Shown piece by piece: positions 10,187 to 20,700 of a DNA stretch of 45,666 nt. The notes beneath the pieces were generated by a model. That model had not been told where the DNA came from. It saw only the letters and a list, made by a program, of their open reading frames with translations, and did not search any database. Origin of the DNA: Acidimicrobiales bacterium (lineage in GTDB: Bacteria; Actinomycetota; Acidimicrobiia; Acidimicrobiales; GCA-2861595); NCBI GenBank assembly GCA_035540915.1, contig DATLFQ010000041.1, positions 1-45,666 of the forward strand. The letters are read 5' to 3'. The translations under genes were made by a program, and so were the position numbers. Position 1 is the stretch's first letter, and the number at the start of each line of letters is the position of its first letter.

Positions 10187-10480
10187 CTAGCTGCCGACCT
10201 TGGCCAGGATGTCGCGGCCGTTCAGGATCAGGAGGTCCTCGCCGTCGATGGTGATCTCGGTGCCGCCGTACTTGGAGTAGACGACCTTGTCGCCCACCTT
10301 CACGTCGAAGGGGATCAGCTCACCGCTGGTGTCCGAGCGCCGGCCCGGGCCGACGGCCAGTACCTCACCCTGCTGGGGCTTCTCCTTGGCCGTGTCGGGG
10401 ATCACCAGGCCCGAAGCGGTCCGCTCCTCGGACTCGTTCGGACGGACCACGATGCGGTCTTCCAGGGGTTGCAGGTTCAT
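10187..10480 (-). CDS. groES: Co-chaperonin GroES
   Basis: 97 aa. [52 protein letters not shown] ribosome-binding site lies upstream of ATG 10480. Confidence 0.97.
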   Translation of the reverse strand: MNLQPLEDRIVVRPNESEERTASGLVIPDTAKEKPQQGEVLAVGPGRRSDTSGELIPFDVKVGDKVVYSKYGGTEITIDGEDLLILNGRDILAKVGS

Positions 10481-10501
10481 GGGTGTCGGCCTCCGCGGTC
10501 G

Positions 10502-10528
10502 TTAGCACTCTCGACTGTCGAGTGCTAA
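10502..10528. promoter_or_regulatory. CIRCE element (HrcA operator)
   Basis: TTAGCACTC-TCGACTGTC-GAGTGCTAA is a perfect match to the TTAGCACTC-N9-GAGTGCTAA consensus. It lies 22 nt upstream of the groES start. Confidence 0.9.
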
Positions 10529-10557
10529 CGATACGCCCTGAACCGCCGCGATCGCAA
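10528..10557 (-). promoter_or_regulatory. Putative sigma-A type groES promoter
   Basis: Minus-sense TTGCGA (10557..10552), an 18-nt spacer, then TATCGT (10533..10528). It runs directly into CIRCE, the usual arrangement for HrcA control. Confidence 0.4.
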
Positions 10558-10573
10558 CCCGTCCGGTGTCGGG

Positions 10574-11575
10574 CTAGAGCACCGGCAGCGCCAGGTTGGG
10601 GTCGGCACCGGCGTCCAGCGGCGTGGGGCCGTCGCTGCGCAGCCGCCACCAGCCGGCGGCGGCGACCATGGCGGCGTTGTCGGTGCACATGGAGCGGCTG
10701 GGCAGGAACGGGCGCAGGCCGTCGGCGATGCAGGCGTCGAGGGCCCGCTCGCGCAATGAGGAGTTGGCGGCGACGCCGCCGCCCAGCACCAGCCCGGTGG
10801 CGCCCACCTCCGCCGCCGCCCGGCGGGCCTTCGTCACCAGCACGTCGACCACGGCCTCCTGGAAAGAGGCGGCCAGGTCGGCCACCGAGGCCTCCGGGTG
10901 CTTGCGGGCGTAGGTGACCACCGAGGTCTTGAGCCCGCTGAATGAGAAGTCGTAGCCCTCGTTCCGCATGCCGCGCGGGAAGGCGACGGCGTTGCGATCG
11001 CCCTGCATGGCCAGCCGGTCGATGGCCGGCCCCCCGGGGTAGCCCAGGCCGAGGAACCGGGCAACCTTGTCGAAGGCCTCGCCGGCGGCGTCGTCGATGG
11101 TGGTTCCGAGCAGGCGGTAGGCGCCGTGCCCCTCCATGGCCACGAGCATCGTGTGCGCGCCCGACACCAGCAGCACCACCAGGGGCGGCTCCAGGTCCGG
11201 TTCCTCCAGGAAGGCGGCGTAGAGGTGGGCCTCCAGGTGGTTCACCCCGACGAAGGGCACGCCCCACACCAGCGCCAGCGCCTTGGCCGCGCTCACGCCG
11301 ACGAGGAGCGACCCCACCAGCCCCGGCCCGACGGTCGCCGCCACCGCGCCGATGGCGGCCCCGTCGGTGCCCGCCTCGACCAGAGCCTGGGCCACCACCG
11401 GGTTCAGCAGCTCCACGTGGGCCCGGCTGGCCAGCTCGGGGACCACGCCCCCGAACGCCGCGTGCAGGTCGACCTGGCTGCTCACCACCGACGACAGCAC
11501 GGTGGTGCCGTCGGCGACGACGGCGGCGGCCGTCTCGTCGCAGGACGTCTCGATGCCGAGGATGCGCATGGTCAT
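10574..11575 (-). CDS. tsaD: tRNA N6-adenosine threonylcarbamoyltransferase TsaD
   Basis: MTMRILGIETSCDETAAAVV...; HLEAHLYAA; GGVAANSSLR. ATG 11575 overlaps the rimI stop (ATGA). Confidence 0.93.
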   Translation of the reverse strand: MTMRILGIETSCDETAAAVVADGTTVLSSVVSSQVDLHAAFGGVVPELASRAHVELLNPVVAQALVEAGTDGAAIGAVAATVGPGLVGSLLVGVSAAKALALVWGVPFVGVNHLEAHLYAAFLEEPDLEPPLVVLLVSGAHTMLVAMEGHGAYRLLGTTIDDAAGEAFDKVARFLGLGYPGGPAIDRLAMQGDRNAVAFPRGMRNEGYDFSFSGLKTSVVTYARKHPEASVADLAASFQEAVVDVLVTKARRAAAEVGATGLVLGGGVAANSSLRERALDACIADGLRPFLPSRSMCTDNAAMVAAAGWWRLRSDGPTPLDAGADPNLALPVL

Positions 11576-12129
11576 TCGGCCGGCGGGCCGAGCCGTGACG
11601 CCCGGCTGGAGGTCAGGCGGGCCAACCGGGCCCCGTACTGCGGCGTGTCGATGTCGTTGGCCCACATGACGAGCGCGTCCTCGCTGGTCTCGACGTAGTA
11701 GTTCTTGCGGATGCCCGCCGGCACGAAGCCGAAGGCACCATAGAGGCGCTGGGCGGCGACGTTACCGACCCGCACCTCCAGCGTCAGGTTGCGGCACCCC
11801 CGCTCGACGGCCTCGGCGGCCAGGCCGGCCAGCAGCAGCGTGCCGATGCCCTGGCGGTGGCGGGCCGGGTCGACGGCCAGCGTGGTCACGTGGGCGTCGG
11901 GCCCGGCCAGCATCAGCCCGCCGTAGCCGACAACGGTGCCCTCGGCCCGGGCCACCCGGTAGGCCCGCGTCGAGCGCAGGGCCAGCTCGCTCATGAACAG
12001 GCCGAGCGACCACGGCTGCGGGTACACCTGTGCCTCGATGCGCAGCACGGCCCGCAGGTGGCGGCGGCGCATCGGCGCCACCTGCACGACGGCCGCCTCC
12101 AGCGGCGGCTCGGGGACCCGGATGGCCAC
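11572..12129 (-). CDS. rimI: Ribosomal-protein-alanine N-acetyltransferase RimI
   Basis: 185 aa with a GNAT fold (TLAVDPARHRQGIGTLLL, LEVRVGNVAAQRLYGAFGF). It occupies the conserved slot between tsaB and tsaD. Confidence 0.88.
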   Translation of the reverse strand: MAIRVPEPPLEAAVVQVAPMRRRHLRAVLRIEAQVYPQPWSLGLFMSELALRSTRAYRVARAEGTVVGYGGLMLAGPDAHVTTLAVDPARHRQGIGTLLLAGLAAEAVERGCRNLTLEVRVGNVAAQRLYGAFGFVPAGIRKNYYVETSEDALVMWANDIDTPQYGARLARLTSSRASRLGPPAE

Positions 12130-12138
12130 GGTCCCGGC

Positions 12139-12837
12139 CTACGCGCTCGCCCGCTGTTCCCAGTTGACCTGGGCGTCGGCCTTGCGCAGGTAGAGCGGTT
12201 CCAGCTCCGAGGCGTGGACGAAGTCCTCCCGGATGGCTCGCGGGTGGGCCAGCTCCACCAGGGAGGCGGCCGACGGGTGGGCCAGCCCGTCGCCGCCGAC
12301 GGTGACGTGCCCCGCGTCGTCGAACAGGCCGGCGTAGCGGACGGCGCCGTCGCCGACGAGGAGGCAGTCCTCACCTCGGGCGACCAGCTCGGTGGCCAGC
12401 TCGCCCGGCGGGCAGGCGCACGGCTCGGTCACCCGCTGGACGCCCCCGGGAACGGGCCGGTAGAGCGCCCAGAAGACCTCACCGCGCCGGGCGTCGATCA
12501 CCGCCGCGATCAAGCTCCGGGCGTGGCGCACGGGGAAGGCCAGCAGGTCGAGGCTCGACAGGCCGATCATCGGCACCCGCAGCGCCTGGGCCATGGCCTT
12601 GGCCGTCGCCACCCCGACCCGCAGGCCGGTGAACAGCCCGGGCCCGACGTCGACGGCGACGACGCTGATCTCGGCGAAGTCGACCCGGGCGTGGCGGCAC
12701 ACGAAGTCGATGGCCGGGACGAGCGTCTCGGCGTGGCGGCGGCCGCGGGTGGCCCCGAACGACGCGAGCGTGCCCTCGGCGCCGCCGAGAGCGCACCCCA
12801 CCCGGGCGGTCGCCGTCTCGATGCCGAGGATGATCAC
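12139..12837 (-). CDS. tsaB: tRNA t6A biosynthesis protein TsaB
   Basis: (V)IILGIETATARVGCAL...; VAVDVGPGLFTGLRVGVATAKAMA. GTG 12837 overlaps the tsaE stop (GTGA). Confidence 0.88.
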   Translation of the reverse strand: MIILGIETATARVGCALGGAEGTLASFGATRGRRHAETLVPAIDFVCRHARVDFAEISVVAVDVGPGLFTGLRVGVATAKAMAQALRVPMIGLSSLDLLAFPVRHARSLIAAVIDARRGEVFWALYRPVPGGVQRVTEPCACPPGELATELVARGEDCLLVGDGAVRYAGLFDDAGHVTVGGDGLAHPSAASLVELAHPRAIREDFVHASELEPLYLRKADAQVNWEQRASA

Positions 12838-13313
12838 GCCGCCCACCGGCTCAGGAGCGCCTCCAGGGCAGGGGCCCGGGCTGACCACGACGGGCCGACC
12901 GGCCTCATGGCCATGACCCGGTCGTCGTCACCGGCGCCCATCTCCATGCGCACCTCGAGGTAGTCGGCCGGCAGCGTGGGGGCCACCACCTCGCCCCACT
13001 CGACGAGGCCGACGGCCCCGTCCTCCAGCAGCTCGGCCAGTCCCAGGTCCTCGACCTCGGCCTGGCGATCGAGGCGGTAGGCGTCGCAGTGCACCAGGCA
13101 CAGGCGCCCCCGATACGTCCGCACCAGCGTGAAGGTCGGGCTGATGATCGGATCGGCCACTCCCAGGCCCCGCCCGAATCCCTGGGCGAAGGTCGTCTTG
13201 CCCGAGCCGAGGTCGCCCGACAGCAGCAGCACGTCGCCAGGCCGCACCAGGGTCGACAGCTGGGCCCCCAGCTCCTTGGTGTCCTCGCCGGACTTGGTGG
13301 TGACGACGATCAC
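12834..13313 (-). CDS. tsaE: tRNA t6A biosynthesis ATPase TsaE
   Basis: (V)[18 protein letters not shown]...LLSGDLGSGKTTFAQG...SPTFTLV...HCDAYRL. GTG 13313 overlaps the UDG stop (GTGA). Confidence 0.9.
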   Translation of the reverse strand: MIVVTTKSGEDTKELGAQLSTLVRPGDVLLLSGDLGSGKTTFAQGFGRGLGVADPIISPTFTLVRTYRGRLCLVHCDAYRLDRQAEVEDLGLAELLEDGAVGLVEWGEVVAPTLPADYLEVRMEMGAGDDDRVMAMRPVGPSWSARAPALEALLSRWAA

Positions 13314-13888
13314 CGGCCGGCTCCGGCCGGCAGCGCCAGGTGCTCCTTGGCCCGCACGAAGTCGGCCCGCATGCCGGCCATCGGCTCGCCGGCCGATCCG
13401 GCCCGCAGGACGAAGGACGGGTGGTAGGTCGGCACCACCACCGAGGTGCCGAAGGGGTAGGCCCGGCCCCGGAGCGACCTGATCCCGGCGTCGGTGCCGA
13501 GGAGCAGGCGGGTGGCGAAGTTGCCGAGGGTGACGATCACCCGCGGCCCGATCAGCTCGATCTTGGCATCGAGAAAGGGCCGGCAGGCGGCGATCTCCTC
13601 GGGCCGGGGATCGCGGTTGCCGGGCGGCCGGCACATGACGGTGTTCGCGATGTAGACCCGGCTGCGGTCCAGGCCCAGCTCCTCGGCCAGCAGGCGGTCA
13701 AGCAGCTGGCCGGACCGCCCGACGAACGGCTCGCCCTGCAGGTCCTCGTCCCGGCCCGGCGCCTCGCCGACGAACATCAGGTCCGCAGCGGGATCGCCTC
13801 CACCGAAGACCACGGTGGTGCGTCCGGCTGCGAGCGGGCAGCGGGCGCAGGCACCGGCGTCGGTGGCCAGGTCGGCCAGCGTCACCAC
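13310..13888 (-). CDS. Uracil-DNA glycosylase, family 4 (Fe-S type)
   Basis: 192 aa with motifs [43 protein letters not shown] and YHPSF. The alternative GTG at 13885 would give a GTGA overlap with the upstream stop. Confidence 0.88.
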   Translation of the reverse strand: MVTLADLATDAGACARCPLAAGRTTVVFGGGDPAADLMFVGEAPGRDEDLQGEPFVGRSGQLLDRLLAEELGLDRSRVYIANTVMCRPPGNRDPRPEEIAACRPFLDAKIELIGPRVIVTLGNFATRLLLGTDAGIRSLRGRAYPFGTSVVVPTYHPSFVLRAGSAGEPMAGMRADFVRAKEHLALPAGAGR

Positions 13889-14877
13889 GACGACGATGGT
13901 ACCGCCGGTGCCCGGTCGGCCAGCCGGACCAGCGCCGCATTCACCTCGTGCCGGCGCTCCAGCATCGCCATGTGGCCCGCCCCCTCCAGCACGGTCAGCT
14001 CCGCGCCGGGCAGGCAGGTGGCCAGCTCCCGGGCCCGCCGCGGCGGCGTCAGGCGGTCAGCGGTGCCGACCACCACGGTGGCCGGGAGGTCGACCGACCG
14101 GAGTTCGGCCCGCAGGTCCAGCCCGACGATGTCGGGCCACAGCTCGGCCAGCACCGCTGGTGGGGTGGCCGCCGACATGAGCCGGCCCAGCTCGACCAGC
14201 CGGGGCGAGGGGCGGGGCCCGAAGCCGACCCGGGCCAGCAGGTAGGACAGGTCGTTGGCCGGCAGGTACCCGCCCGGGAGGCGGCCGGACAGCCGCATCC
14301 CGCGCGCCGCCACCGGGGTCGTCGCCGCCACCAGGGCCTGCCACCCCGGGACGGCGAACGCGAAGTTGGCGGCCGTCGACACGAAGCCCAGCCCCGCCAC
14401 CCGCTCGTCCAGGACGGCGGGGTGGTCGGCGCAGAAGCGCCCGAGCACCATGCCGCCCATCGAGTGGCCGACGACGAGTGCGTCGCGGAGGTCGAGGTCG
14501 ACGAGCACAGCGCGCAGGTCGCGAGCCAGGCGGCCCAGGCTGGACCGGTCGGAGCCGGCCTCGGACCGCCCGTGACCCCGGTGGTCGACGACCAGGACGC
14601 GGAAGCGGTCGGCCAGATCCAGGAGCTGGAAGTGCCAGGCCACTCCGGACAGGGTCACGCCGTGCAGCAGGACCAGCGGCCGGCCGCGGCCCCGCTCGAC
14701 GGCGTGGAGTCGGCCGCCGTCGTCGGTCGCCACATGGAGCCGCCGGGCGTCGGCGGGCACGGTGAAGTCGCCGTGCCGGTGGGGATCCGGCCGGTCACGC
14801 TCCCGCGTCAGCACCGCCCGCTCGGCGGCGTAGCCCGCCACCAGGCCGGCAGCCGCCGCCAGACCGGTCGCCTTCAT
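13882..14877 (-). CDS. Alpha/beta hydrolase fold protein with N-terminal hydrophobic segment
   Basis: This is the C-terminal 331 aa of ORF 13882..16194. [18 protein letters not shown]...; [11 protein letters not shown]; [10 protein letters not shown]; nucleophile elbow GHSMGG; late GAGHM. ATG 14877 overlaps the alr stop (ATGA). Confidence 0.85.
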   Translation of the reverse strand: MKATGLAAAAGLVAGYAAERAVLTRERDRPDPHRHGDFTVPADARRLHVATDDGGRLHAVERGRGRPLVLLHGVTLSGVAWHFQLLDLADRFRVLVVDHRGHGRSEAGSDRSSLGRLARDLRAVLVDLDLRDALVVGHSMGGMVLGRFCADHPAVLDERVAGLGFVSTAANFAFAVPGWQALVAATTPVAARGMRLSGRLPGGYLPANDLSYLLARVGFGPRPSPRLVELGRLMSAATPPAVLAELWPDIVGLDLRAELRSVDLPATVVVGTADRLTPPRRARELATCLPGAELTVLEGAGHMAMLERRHEVNAALVRLADRAPAVPSSSW

Positions 14878-15998
14878 CCGCCGGTGTAGGTGCGGGGCAC
14901 GCGGGCGCCGATGCCGCACAGCACCTCGTAGGCGATGGTGCCCAGGCGGTCCGCCCACTCGCCGGCGGTTATCTCCTCGCCGCCCTGCCGACCTATGAGC
15001 ACGACCTCGTCGCCGGGAGACACCTCGCCCTCCCGGCCGCAGTCGACCAGCAGCTGGTCCATGGTGACGGTCCCGGCGATGGGGCGGCGGCGGCCGCCGA
15101 CCAGCACCTGGCCCCCGACCTCGGACAGCCGGCGGGGCACGCCGTCGGCGTAGCCCAGCGGCACGGTGGCCACCAGTGACCCCGCAGTGACGGTGTAGCG
15201 CAGCCCGTAGGACACCGCCTCGTCGACCGGCGGGCGGCGCACCATGGCCACCCGGGCCCGCAGGGAGAGTGCCGGGCGCAGGTCGACCAAACCGGCCCGC
15301 GCGGGACCGGGCGGCTCGCCGTACATCGCGATGCCGCACCGGACCATGTCGAGGCGCGCCGCCGGGTGGGCGAGGGCGGCGGCGGAGTTCGCGGCATGGG
15401 CGACGAGGGCCGGCTGCACCGTCCCGACGGTCAGGCGGACCTCCTCGAACAGCGCCAGCTGCCCGGCGGTGAAGTCGTCCCGGGCAGGTTCGTCGGCCAC
15501 GGCCAGATGGGTCCACAGGCCGGCCAGGCGGAGCCGGGGTGCGGCCAGGACCGCCCTGGCCAGGGCCGGCGCGTCGGCCGGCGCGGCACCGACGCGGTGC
15601 ATGCCCGTGTCCACCTTCAGGTGGACGTCCAACCCCTCGGGACCGGCAGCGGCGGCGGCCGCCTCGATGCCGGCGACGGTGTACACCGTGGGGGTGAGGC
15701 GGTGGGCCGCCGCCTCGCCCATCGCCTCGGGCGGCGGCTCGGAGAGCAGCAGCACCGGCGCCCCGACGCCGCCGTCGCGGAGCGCGACCCCCTCCTCGAC
15801 CAGCGCCACGGCCAGCCAGTCCGCACCCGCCGCCAGAGCCGCCCGGGCCACGGGCTCGGCGCCATGGCCGTAGCCGTCCGCCTTCACCACCGCGCACAAC
15901 GCAGCCGGTGCCACCCGGCGGCGGAGCTGCTCGACGTTGTGGCGGATGGCCTCCAGGTCCACCTCGGCCCACGCGTGCCGCCAGGAGCGGCCGCTCAT
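14874..15998 (-). CDS. alr: Alanine racemase
   Basis: This is the C-terminal 374 aa of ORF 14874..17177. WAEVDLEAIRHNV; PLP-lysine motif AVVKADGYGHG; GYADG; TVTMDQ. ATG 15998 shares one nucleotide with the nnr stop (TAATG). Confidence 0.93.
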   Translation of the reverse strand: MSGRSWRHAWAEVDLEAIRHNVEQLRRRVAPAALCAVVKADGYGHGAEPVARAALAAGADWLAVALVEEGVALRDGGVGAPVLLLSEPPPEAMGEAAAHRLTPTVYTVAGIEAAAAAAGPEGLDVHLKVDTGMHRVGAAPADAPALARAVLAAPRLRLAGLWTHLAVADEPARDDFTAGQLALFEEVRLTVGTVQPALVAHAANSAAALAHPAARLDMVRCGIAMYGEPPGPARAGLVDLRPALSLRARVAMVRRPPVDEAVSYGLRYTVTAGSLVATVPLGYADGVPRRLSEVGGQVLVGGRRRPIAGTVTMDQLLVDCGREGEVSPGDEVVLIGRQGGEEITAGEWADRLGTIAYEVLCGIGARVPRTYTGG

Positions 15999-17374
15999 TA
16001 CCGCTTCCGGCCGGCGAGGCGCAGGGGCGGGGCGTCGGCCGGTGGCGCGACCGCTGACAGCCACCGCGGCACCAGGTCCAGCAGGTCCCCGGCCACCATC
16101 CCACGAGCCGGCCCGAGGCGTGCGGCCGCACCGTGGACGTGGGCCGCCAGCGCGGCCGCCTGCAGTGCCGGCACCCCCTGGGCCAGGAAGGCACCTACCA
16201 GGCCGGCCAGCACGTCGCCGGTGCCGGCCGTGGCCAGCCGGGGGGAGCCGGAGGTCACCAGCAACGCCTCGCCACCTGGCTCGGCCACCACGGTGGTCGG
16301 GCCCTTCAGCAACACGATGGCACCGGTCCGCAGCGCCAGCGAGCGGGCCGCGGCCAGGCGGTCCGGGCCGGGCTCGGCGCCGGTCAGCCGCGCGTACTCG
16401 CCGTCGTGGGGTGTCAGCACGGTCTGGGAGGTCGTCCGCTCCAGCTCCACCAGCGCGTCGGCGTCCACGACCAGCGGCACCCGCACCCGGTCGACCAGGC
16501 GGCGCACCTCCCGGGCCTGCTCGGGACTGCGGCCGATGCCCGGACCGACGACGATGGCCCGGCAGCGGCTGGCGGCGGCCAGCGTGGCGGCGGCCCAGCC
16601 CTCGGCCGGCAGGGCGATGCCCACGAACTCCGAGCCGGCCGGCTGCTGGTCGAGGGGGACCCCAGGGACACCGAGTCGGACGGAGCCGGCGCCGCCGACG
16701 AGGGCGCTGCGCGCCACCAGGACGGGCGCCCCCATGAGGCCAGGCGACCCGGCCACGACGAAGACGGCGCCGTGCCACTTGTGGGCGTCGCGGTCGCGCC
16801 CGGGGAGGATGGCGGCCACGTCGGCGTCCTCGACGACCGAGGCGAACGCGCCGCTGGCGTCCAGGCCGATGTCGGCCACCTCCACCTCGCCCGCACGACC
16901 CGGCCCCCGGCCGAACAGCAGGCCCGGCTTGAGCGCGGCGAAGGTGACCGTGGCCGCCGCCCGGACCGACCGGTCCCCGCACTGCCCGGTCGCCGCATCG
17001 AGCCCCGAGGGGACGTCGACGGCGAGCACCGGGGCGCCCCCCGGGTCGGGGGCCACGTAGTCCCCCTTGAAGCCGGTGCCGTAGGCCGCGTCGACGACCA
17101 GGTCGCAGGGCGGGAGCCGGTCCGGAGCGCCCTCGGCGTCCAGCACCAGCACCCGGGCGCCCCGCCGCCGCAACCACCGGGCGGCCGCCCGGCCGTCGGC
17201 TCCGTTGTTGCCCTTCCCGGCGACCACGACCACCCGTCGCCCGTAGGCGCCGCCCAGCCGCCGAAGCGCGGCCCGGGCCACCGCGGCGCCGGCCCGCTCG
17301 ACCAGCACCTCCGTCGGCTCGGGCGCGGCCGCATCCAGCGCCCGCAGCTCGGCCGGCTCCAGGACGGGGATCAC
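15998..17374 (-). CDS. nnr: Bifunctional NAD(P)H-hydrate repair enzyme Nnr (epimerase/dehydratase)
   Basis: 458 aa. YjeF-N domain: VVVAGKGNNGADG, DAAYGTGF. Carbohydrate-kinase-like C domain: HKWHGAVFVVAGS, TAGTGDVLAG. GTG 17374 overlaps the acpS stop (GTGA). Confidence 0.9.
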   Translation of the reverse strand: MIPVLEPAELRALDAAAPEPTEVLVERAGAAVARAALRRLGGAYGRRVVVVAGKGNNGADGRAAARWLRRRGARVLVLDAEGAPDRLPPCDLVVDAAYGTGFKGDYVAPDPGGAPVLAVDVPSGLDAATGQCGDRSVRAAATVTFAALKPGLLFGRGPGRAGEVEVADIGLDASGAFASVVEDADVAAILPGRDRDAHKWHGAVFVVAGSPGLMGAPVLVARSALVGGAGSVRLGVPGVPLDQQPAGSEFVGIALPAEGWAAATLAAASRCRAIVVGPGIGRSPEQAREVRRLVDRVRVPLVVDADALVELERTTSQTVLTPHDGEYARLTGAEPGPDRLAAARSLALRTGAIVLLKGPTTVVAEPGGEALLVTSGSPRLATAGTGDVLAGLVGAFLAQGVPALQAAALAAHVHGAAARLGPARGMVAGDLLDLVPRWLSAVAPPADAPPLRLAGRKR

Positions 17375-17736
17375 AGCGCGGCGACCACGGCGCCGGCCAG
17401 GTGGTCGGTGTGGGTCAGCGAGACCCGGAAGCCGCTGACGCCGAGGCGTGTCGCCAGCGCCGCGGCCGCGCCGGAGACGGCCAACGACGGCGCGCCGCTG
17501 GGCGCGGTGCGTACCTCCACGTCGTGGAAGCCGAAGGCGCCGAGTCCCACGCCGAGTGCCTTCATGGTCGCCTCCTTGGCGGCGAAGCGGGCGGCCAACC
17601 GCGGCGCCGCGTCGCGGCTGCGCCGACCGTCGGCCTGCTCGCCGGAGGTGAACAGGCGCCCCTCCAGGCCGGGCGAGCGCGCCAGCGCCCGCCGGAAGCG
17701 GTCGACGTCCACCGCGTCGATGCCGATCCCGATCAC
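17371..17736 (-). CDS. acpS: Holo-[acyl-carrier-protein] synthase
   Basis: 121 aa. (V)IGIGIDAVDVDRFRRAL...FAAKEATMKALG...SLTHTDHLAGAVV. GTG 17736 overlaps the upstream stop (GTGA). Confidence 0.9.
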   Translation of the reverse strand: MIGIGIDAVDVDRFRRALARSPGLEGRLFTSGEQADGRRSRDAAPRLAARFAAKEATMKALGVGLGAFGFHDVEVRTAPSGAPSLAVSGAAAALATRLGVSGFRVSLTHTDHLAGAVVAAL

Positions 17737-20700
17737 CGGCTCCGCCAGTGGTCGGCCAGGAGGTGGACAGGCGACGACAAGAGCTCGACCATCGGCACCG
17801 TCCCCAGCACCTCCTCGTCGAAACCGGGCTCGGTCTCGGTGACCGCGTCGACCAGCGCCTCGAAGCGGTCGCGGTAGCCGGCCAGGACGGCCCGGGCGTC
17901 GGCCGGGGCCAGCCGCTCGTGGAAGCGGACGTGCAGCAGCGTCATCCCGGTGACCTGGCTGTCCTTGGTCTCGGGGACCAGCACCAGCTCACGGCCGTCG
18001 CGGCGTCCCCGTGCGACGGTCACTTCCCGCTCGCTGGCCGCTCGGTGCTTGGTGCCCAGCAGGGCCGGCTGGCGCTCGGTCCGCGACGGCAGCGTGAGGG
18101 CGACGCCGCCTCGGTCCACCACCGCGATGGTGGCCGGCCCCTCGCCGGCGTCGCCGTCGATGCGGTAGCGGGTGAACCCGGTGACCTCGGCCACGGCCGG
18201 GCCCAGTGCGGCCAGCGTCCGGAGCGCGCGGTACCCCAGCCGGTCGCGGCCCGCCCCCGCGGCGAGGACCTCCTCGACGAGCGGGGCCCGGAACAGCGCC
18301 TCCTCCGAGCGGGAGATGCCGACCGTCACCGTCTTGGCCTGGTGCTTGATGGCGTCGATGGGCCGGGTCAGCTCGTCGATGGCGCGGGTCAGCGCGTCGG
18401 TGAGGTCCTGCAGCAGCGCGCTCGGGCTGCCGATCTTGCCCAGCTCCAACTCGTAGGACTCCAGAGGGGCGACGCCCCGGGCGTAGCGGAGCAGCTCGGT
18501 GAGCCGGACGGCGGTGGCCGCCTCCAGGTGCCCGTCGTAGGCACCGGACTGCAGGCCGGTCAGGAACTCGCGGGCCGGCGCCTCGACGTGGCGGCGCAAC
18601 GACCGCAGGGGGTCGCCCGCCACGTCGGCCGACGAGGCGACCGCCTCGATGGCGGCCCGGGCCTCGCGCAGCGGGCGGGCCTGTGCGTCGATGGCGAGGG
18701 CCGCCTCGTAGCCGAAGAGGTGGCCGGCCATGGCCGACAGCACGAAGGCCAGGGCCGGGTGGCAGGCCGGCACCTCGATGACGTGGAGGGCGGCCGAGAA
18801 GCGGCTGTCGGCCTGGCTGGCGATCACGACGGGGGCCGCCTTGTGGGCCCGGTAGATGGCCACCTCCTTGGCCACGTCGTCGGCGTTGGGTCCGGACAGG
18901 CCGGCCGCGCACACCAGCACCATGGGCTCGGAGGACAGGTCGATGTGCTTCTTGTCCTCGGTGGCGTCGCAGGCGATCGACTTGTAGCAGAGTTCGGACA
19001 GCTTGATCCGCAGCTCGGCGGCCGCGATGCGGTTGGGCCCGCTGCCGACCACCGCCCAGTGGCGCCGGGGCGGGCCCACCTGCTGTGCGGCGGCGGCGAT
19101 GGCGTCCCGCCCGGCCAGCACGGCCTCCATGGCGGCCGGAAGCTCGCGCAGCCCGACGAGCAGCTCGGAGGCCCGGCGGCGGTCGCCGTCGCCGGCCTCC
19201 TCGGCGAGTGCCACCGCCAACAGGGCACCGGCCGCCACCTGCGCGTAGAACGCCTTGGTCGACGGCACCGCCATCTCGATGTCGCGGCCGTCGGAGGTGT
19301 AGAGGACGCCGTCGGCCCGCGCCGCCAGCTCGCTGTTCCGCCGGTTGACGATCGCCACCACGGCGGCCCCCCGGGAGCGAACCAGGTCGACGGTCCGGTT
19401 GGTGTCGGTCGTGGTGCCGGACTGGCTCACGGCGACCACCAGCGTGTCGGCCATGTCGTCGTGCAGCCCGAAGCCCGACAGCTCGGTGGCGAGCCGGGCG
19501 TCGACGACCAGCGCCGAACCGGGCGCGACGCGGGCGTAGACGGCGGCCAGGCTCTCGGCCGCCACCGCCGCCGTGCCCTGCCCCACCGCCACCACGCGAC
19601 GGATGGTGCCGGCGGCCAGGCGGCGGCGCACGTCGGGCGGGAGCGTGCCGTCAGCCAGCCGCACGCCGACCAGGCCGTCCGCCTCGACGAGCTTGCCGCG
19701 CAGCGTCTTGCGGAACGAGGAGGGCGCCTCGGCGATCTCCTTGAGCAGGAAGTGCGGCAGGCCGCGACGGTCGATGTCGCGAGTGGTGATCTCGGCGGTC
19801 TGCACCTCCGCGTCGACGACCGGCAAGGGACGGCCGTCGTAGCCGCGTCGCTCGATGCCCGCCAGTTCCCCGGCCTGCGCCCCGTCGAGCACGACGACCT
19901 GGCCGGGTCGACCGCCGTCGGTCGTCGCCTCGCCGTCCATGCGCACGTACCGGGCGGTGTGCTCGACCAGCCCGTAGGCCTCGCTGGCCACCACGAAGGC
20001 GTCCTCGGCCAGGCCGATGTTCAGCGCCTGGCCGCTGCCGCGCAGCGCCAGGACCAGCCGGTCGGGTTCGTCGCCGATGCTGGCGGCGACGGCCACCGAC
20101 CCTTCGAGGCCCGCCACCGCGTCGAGGAACGCGTCGGCCGGTCCCCGGCCGCCCGCCATGGCGCGCGACACCAGGACGGGGACCACCTTGGAGTCGGTGG
20201 TGACCTCGGGAGCAATCCGCAGGCCGGCCGAGGCCACGATCTGGGCGTAGTTGTCGACGTCGCCGTTGACGGCGGCCACCACGTACGGGTGGGAGCCGTC
20301 GGCGCCCACCTCCTCGGCGTTGACCGGGTGGGCGTTGGCCTGGGAGATGATGCCGACGCTGGCCCAGCGGGTGTGGCCCAGCACCACGGCCCGTGCGCCG
20401 GGGGCGGACAGCGCCCGGCGCAGGAGCCCGTCACCGGCCACCGCCGCCCGGAGGTGGCGGACGTTGTCGCCCAGCTCGCCCACCTCCGCGGCCGCCTTGT
20501 ACACGAAGGCGAGGCGCCCGGCCGGGCACCGCACCGCCATCGAGCCGAAGAGGCGGTCGGCGGCCCGTGACCGGAGCAGGGCCGCCACCTCCGGCTCGTC
20601 CAGATCGAGCTCATGGCCGTCGACCAGGACATGGATGCCGGCCGAGTCCCGGCCCCGCACCTCCAGGCGGTCGAGAGCCGACAGGGCCGACTGGACCGAG

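Noticed and set aside
13882-17177. 770-aa and 767-aa minus-strand ORFs taken at face value
   Set aside because: Only the C-terminal parts (hydrolase 13882..14877 and alr 14874..15998) carry family motifs. The N-terminal extensions are Arg/Gly/Pro-rich and overlap upstream genes out of frame.
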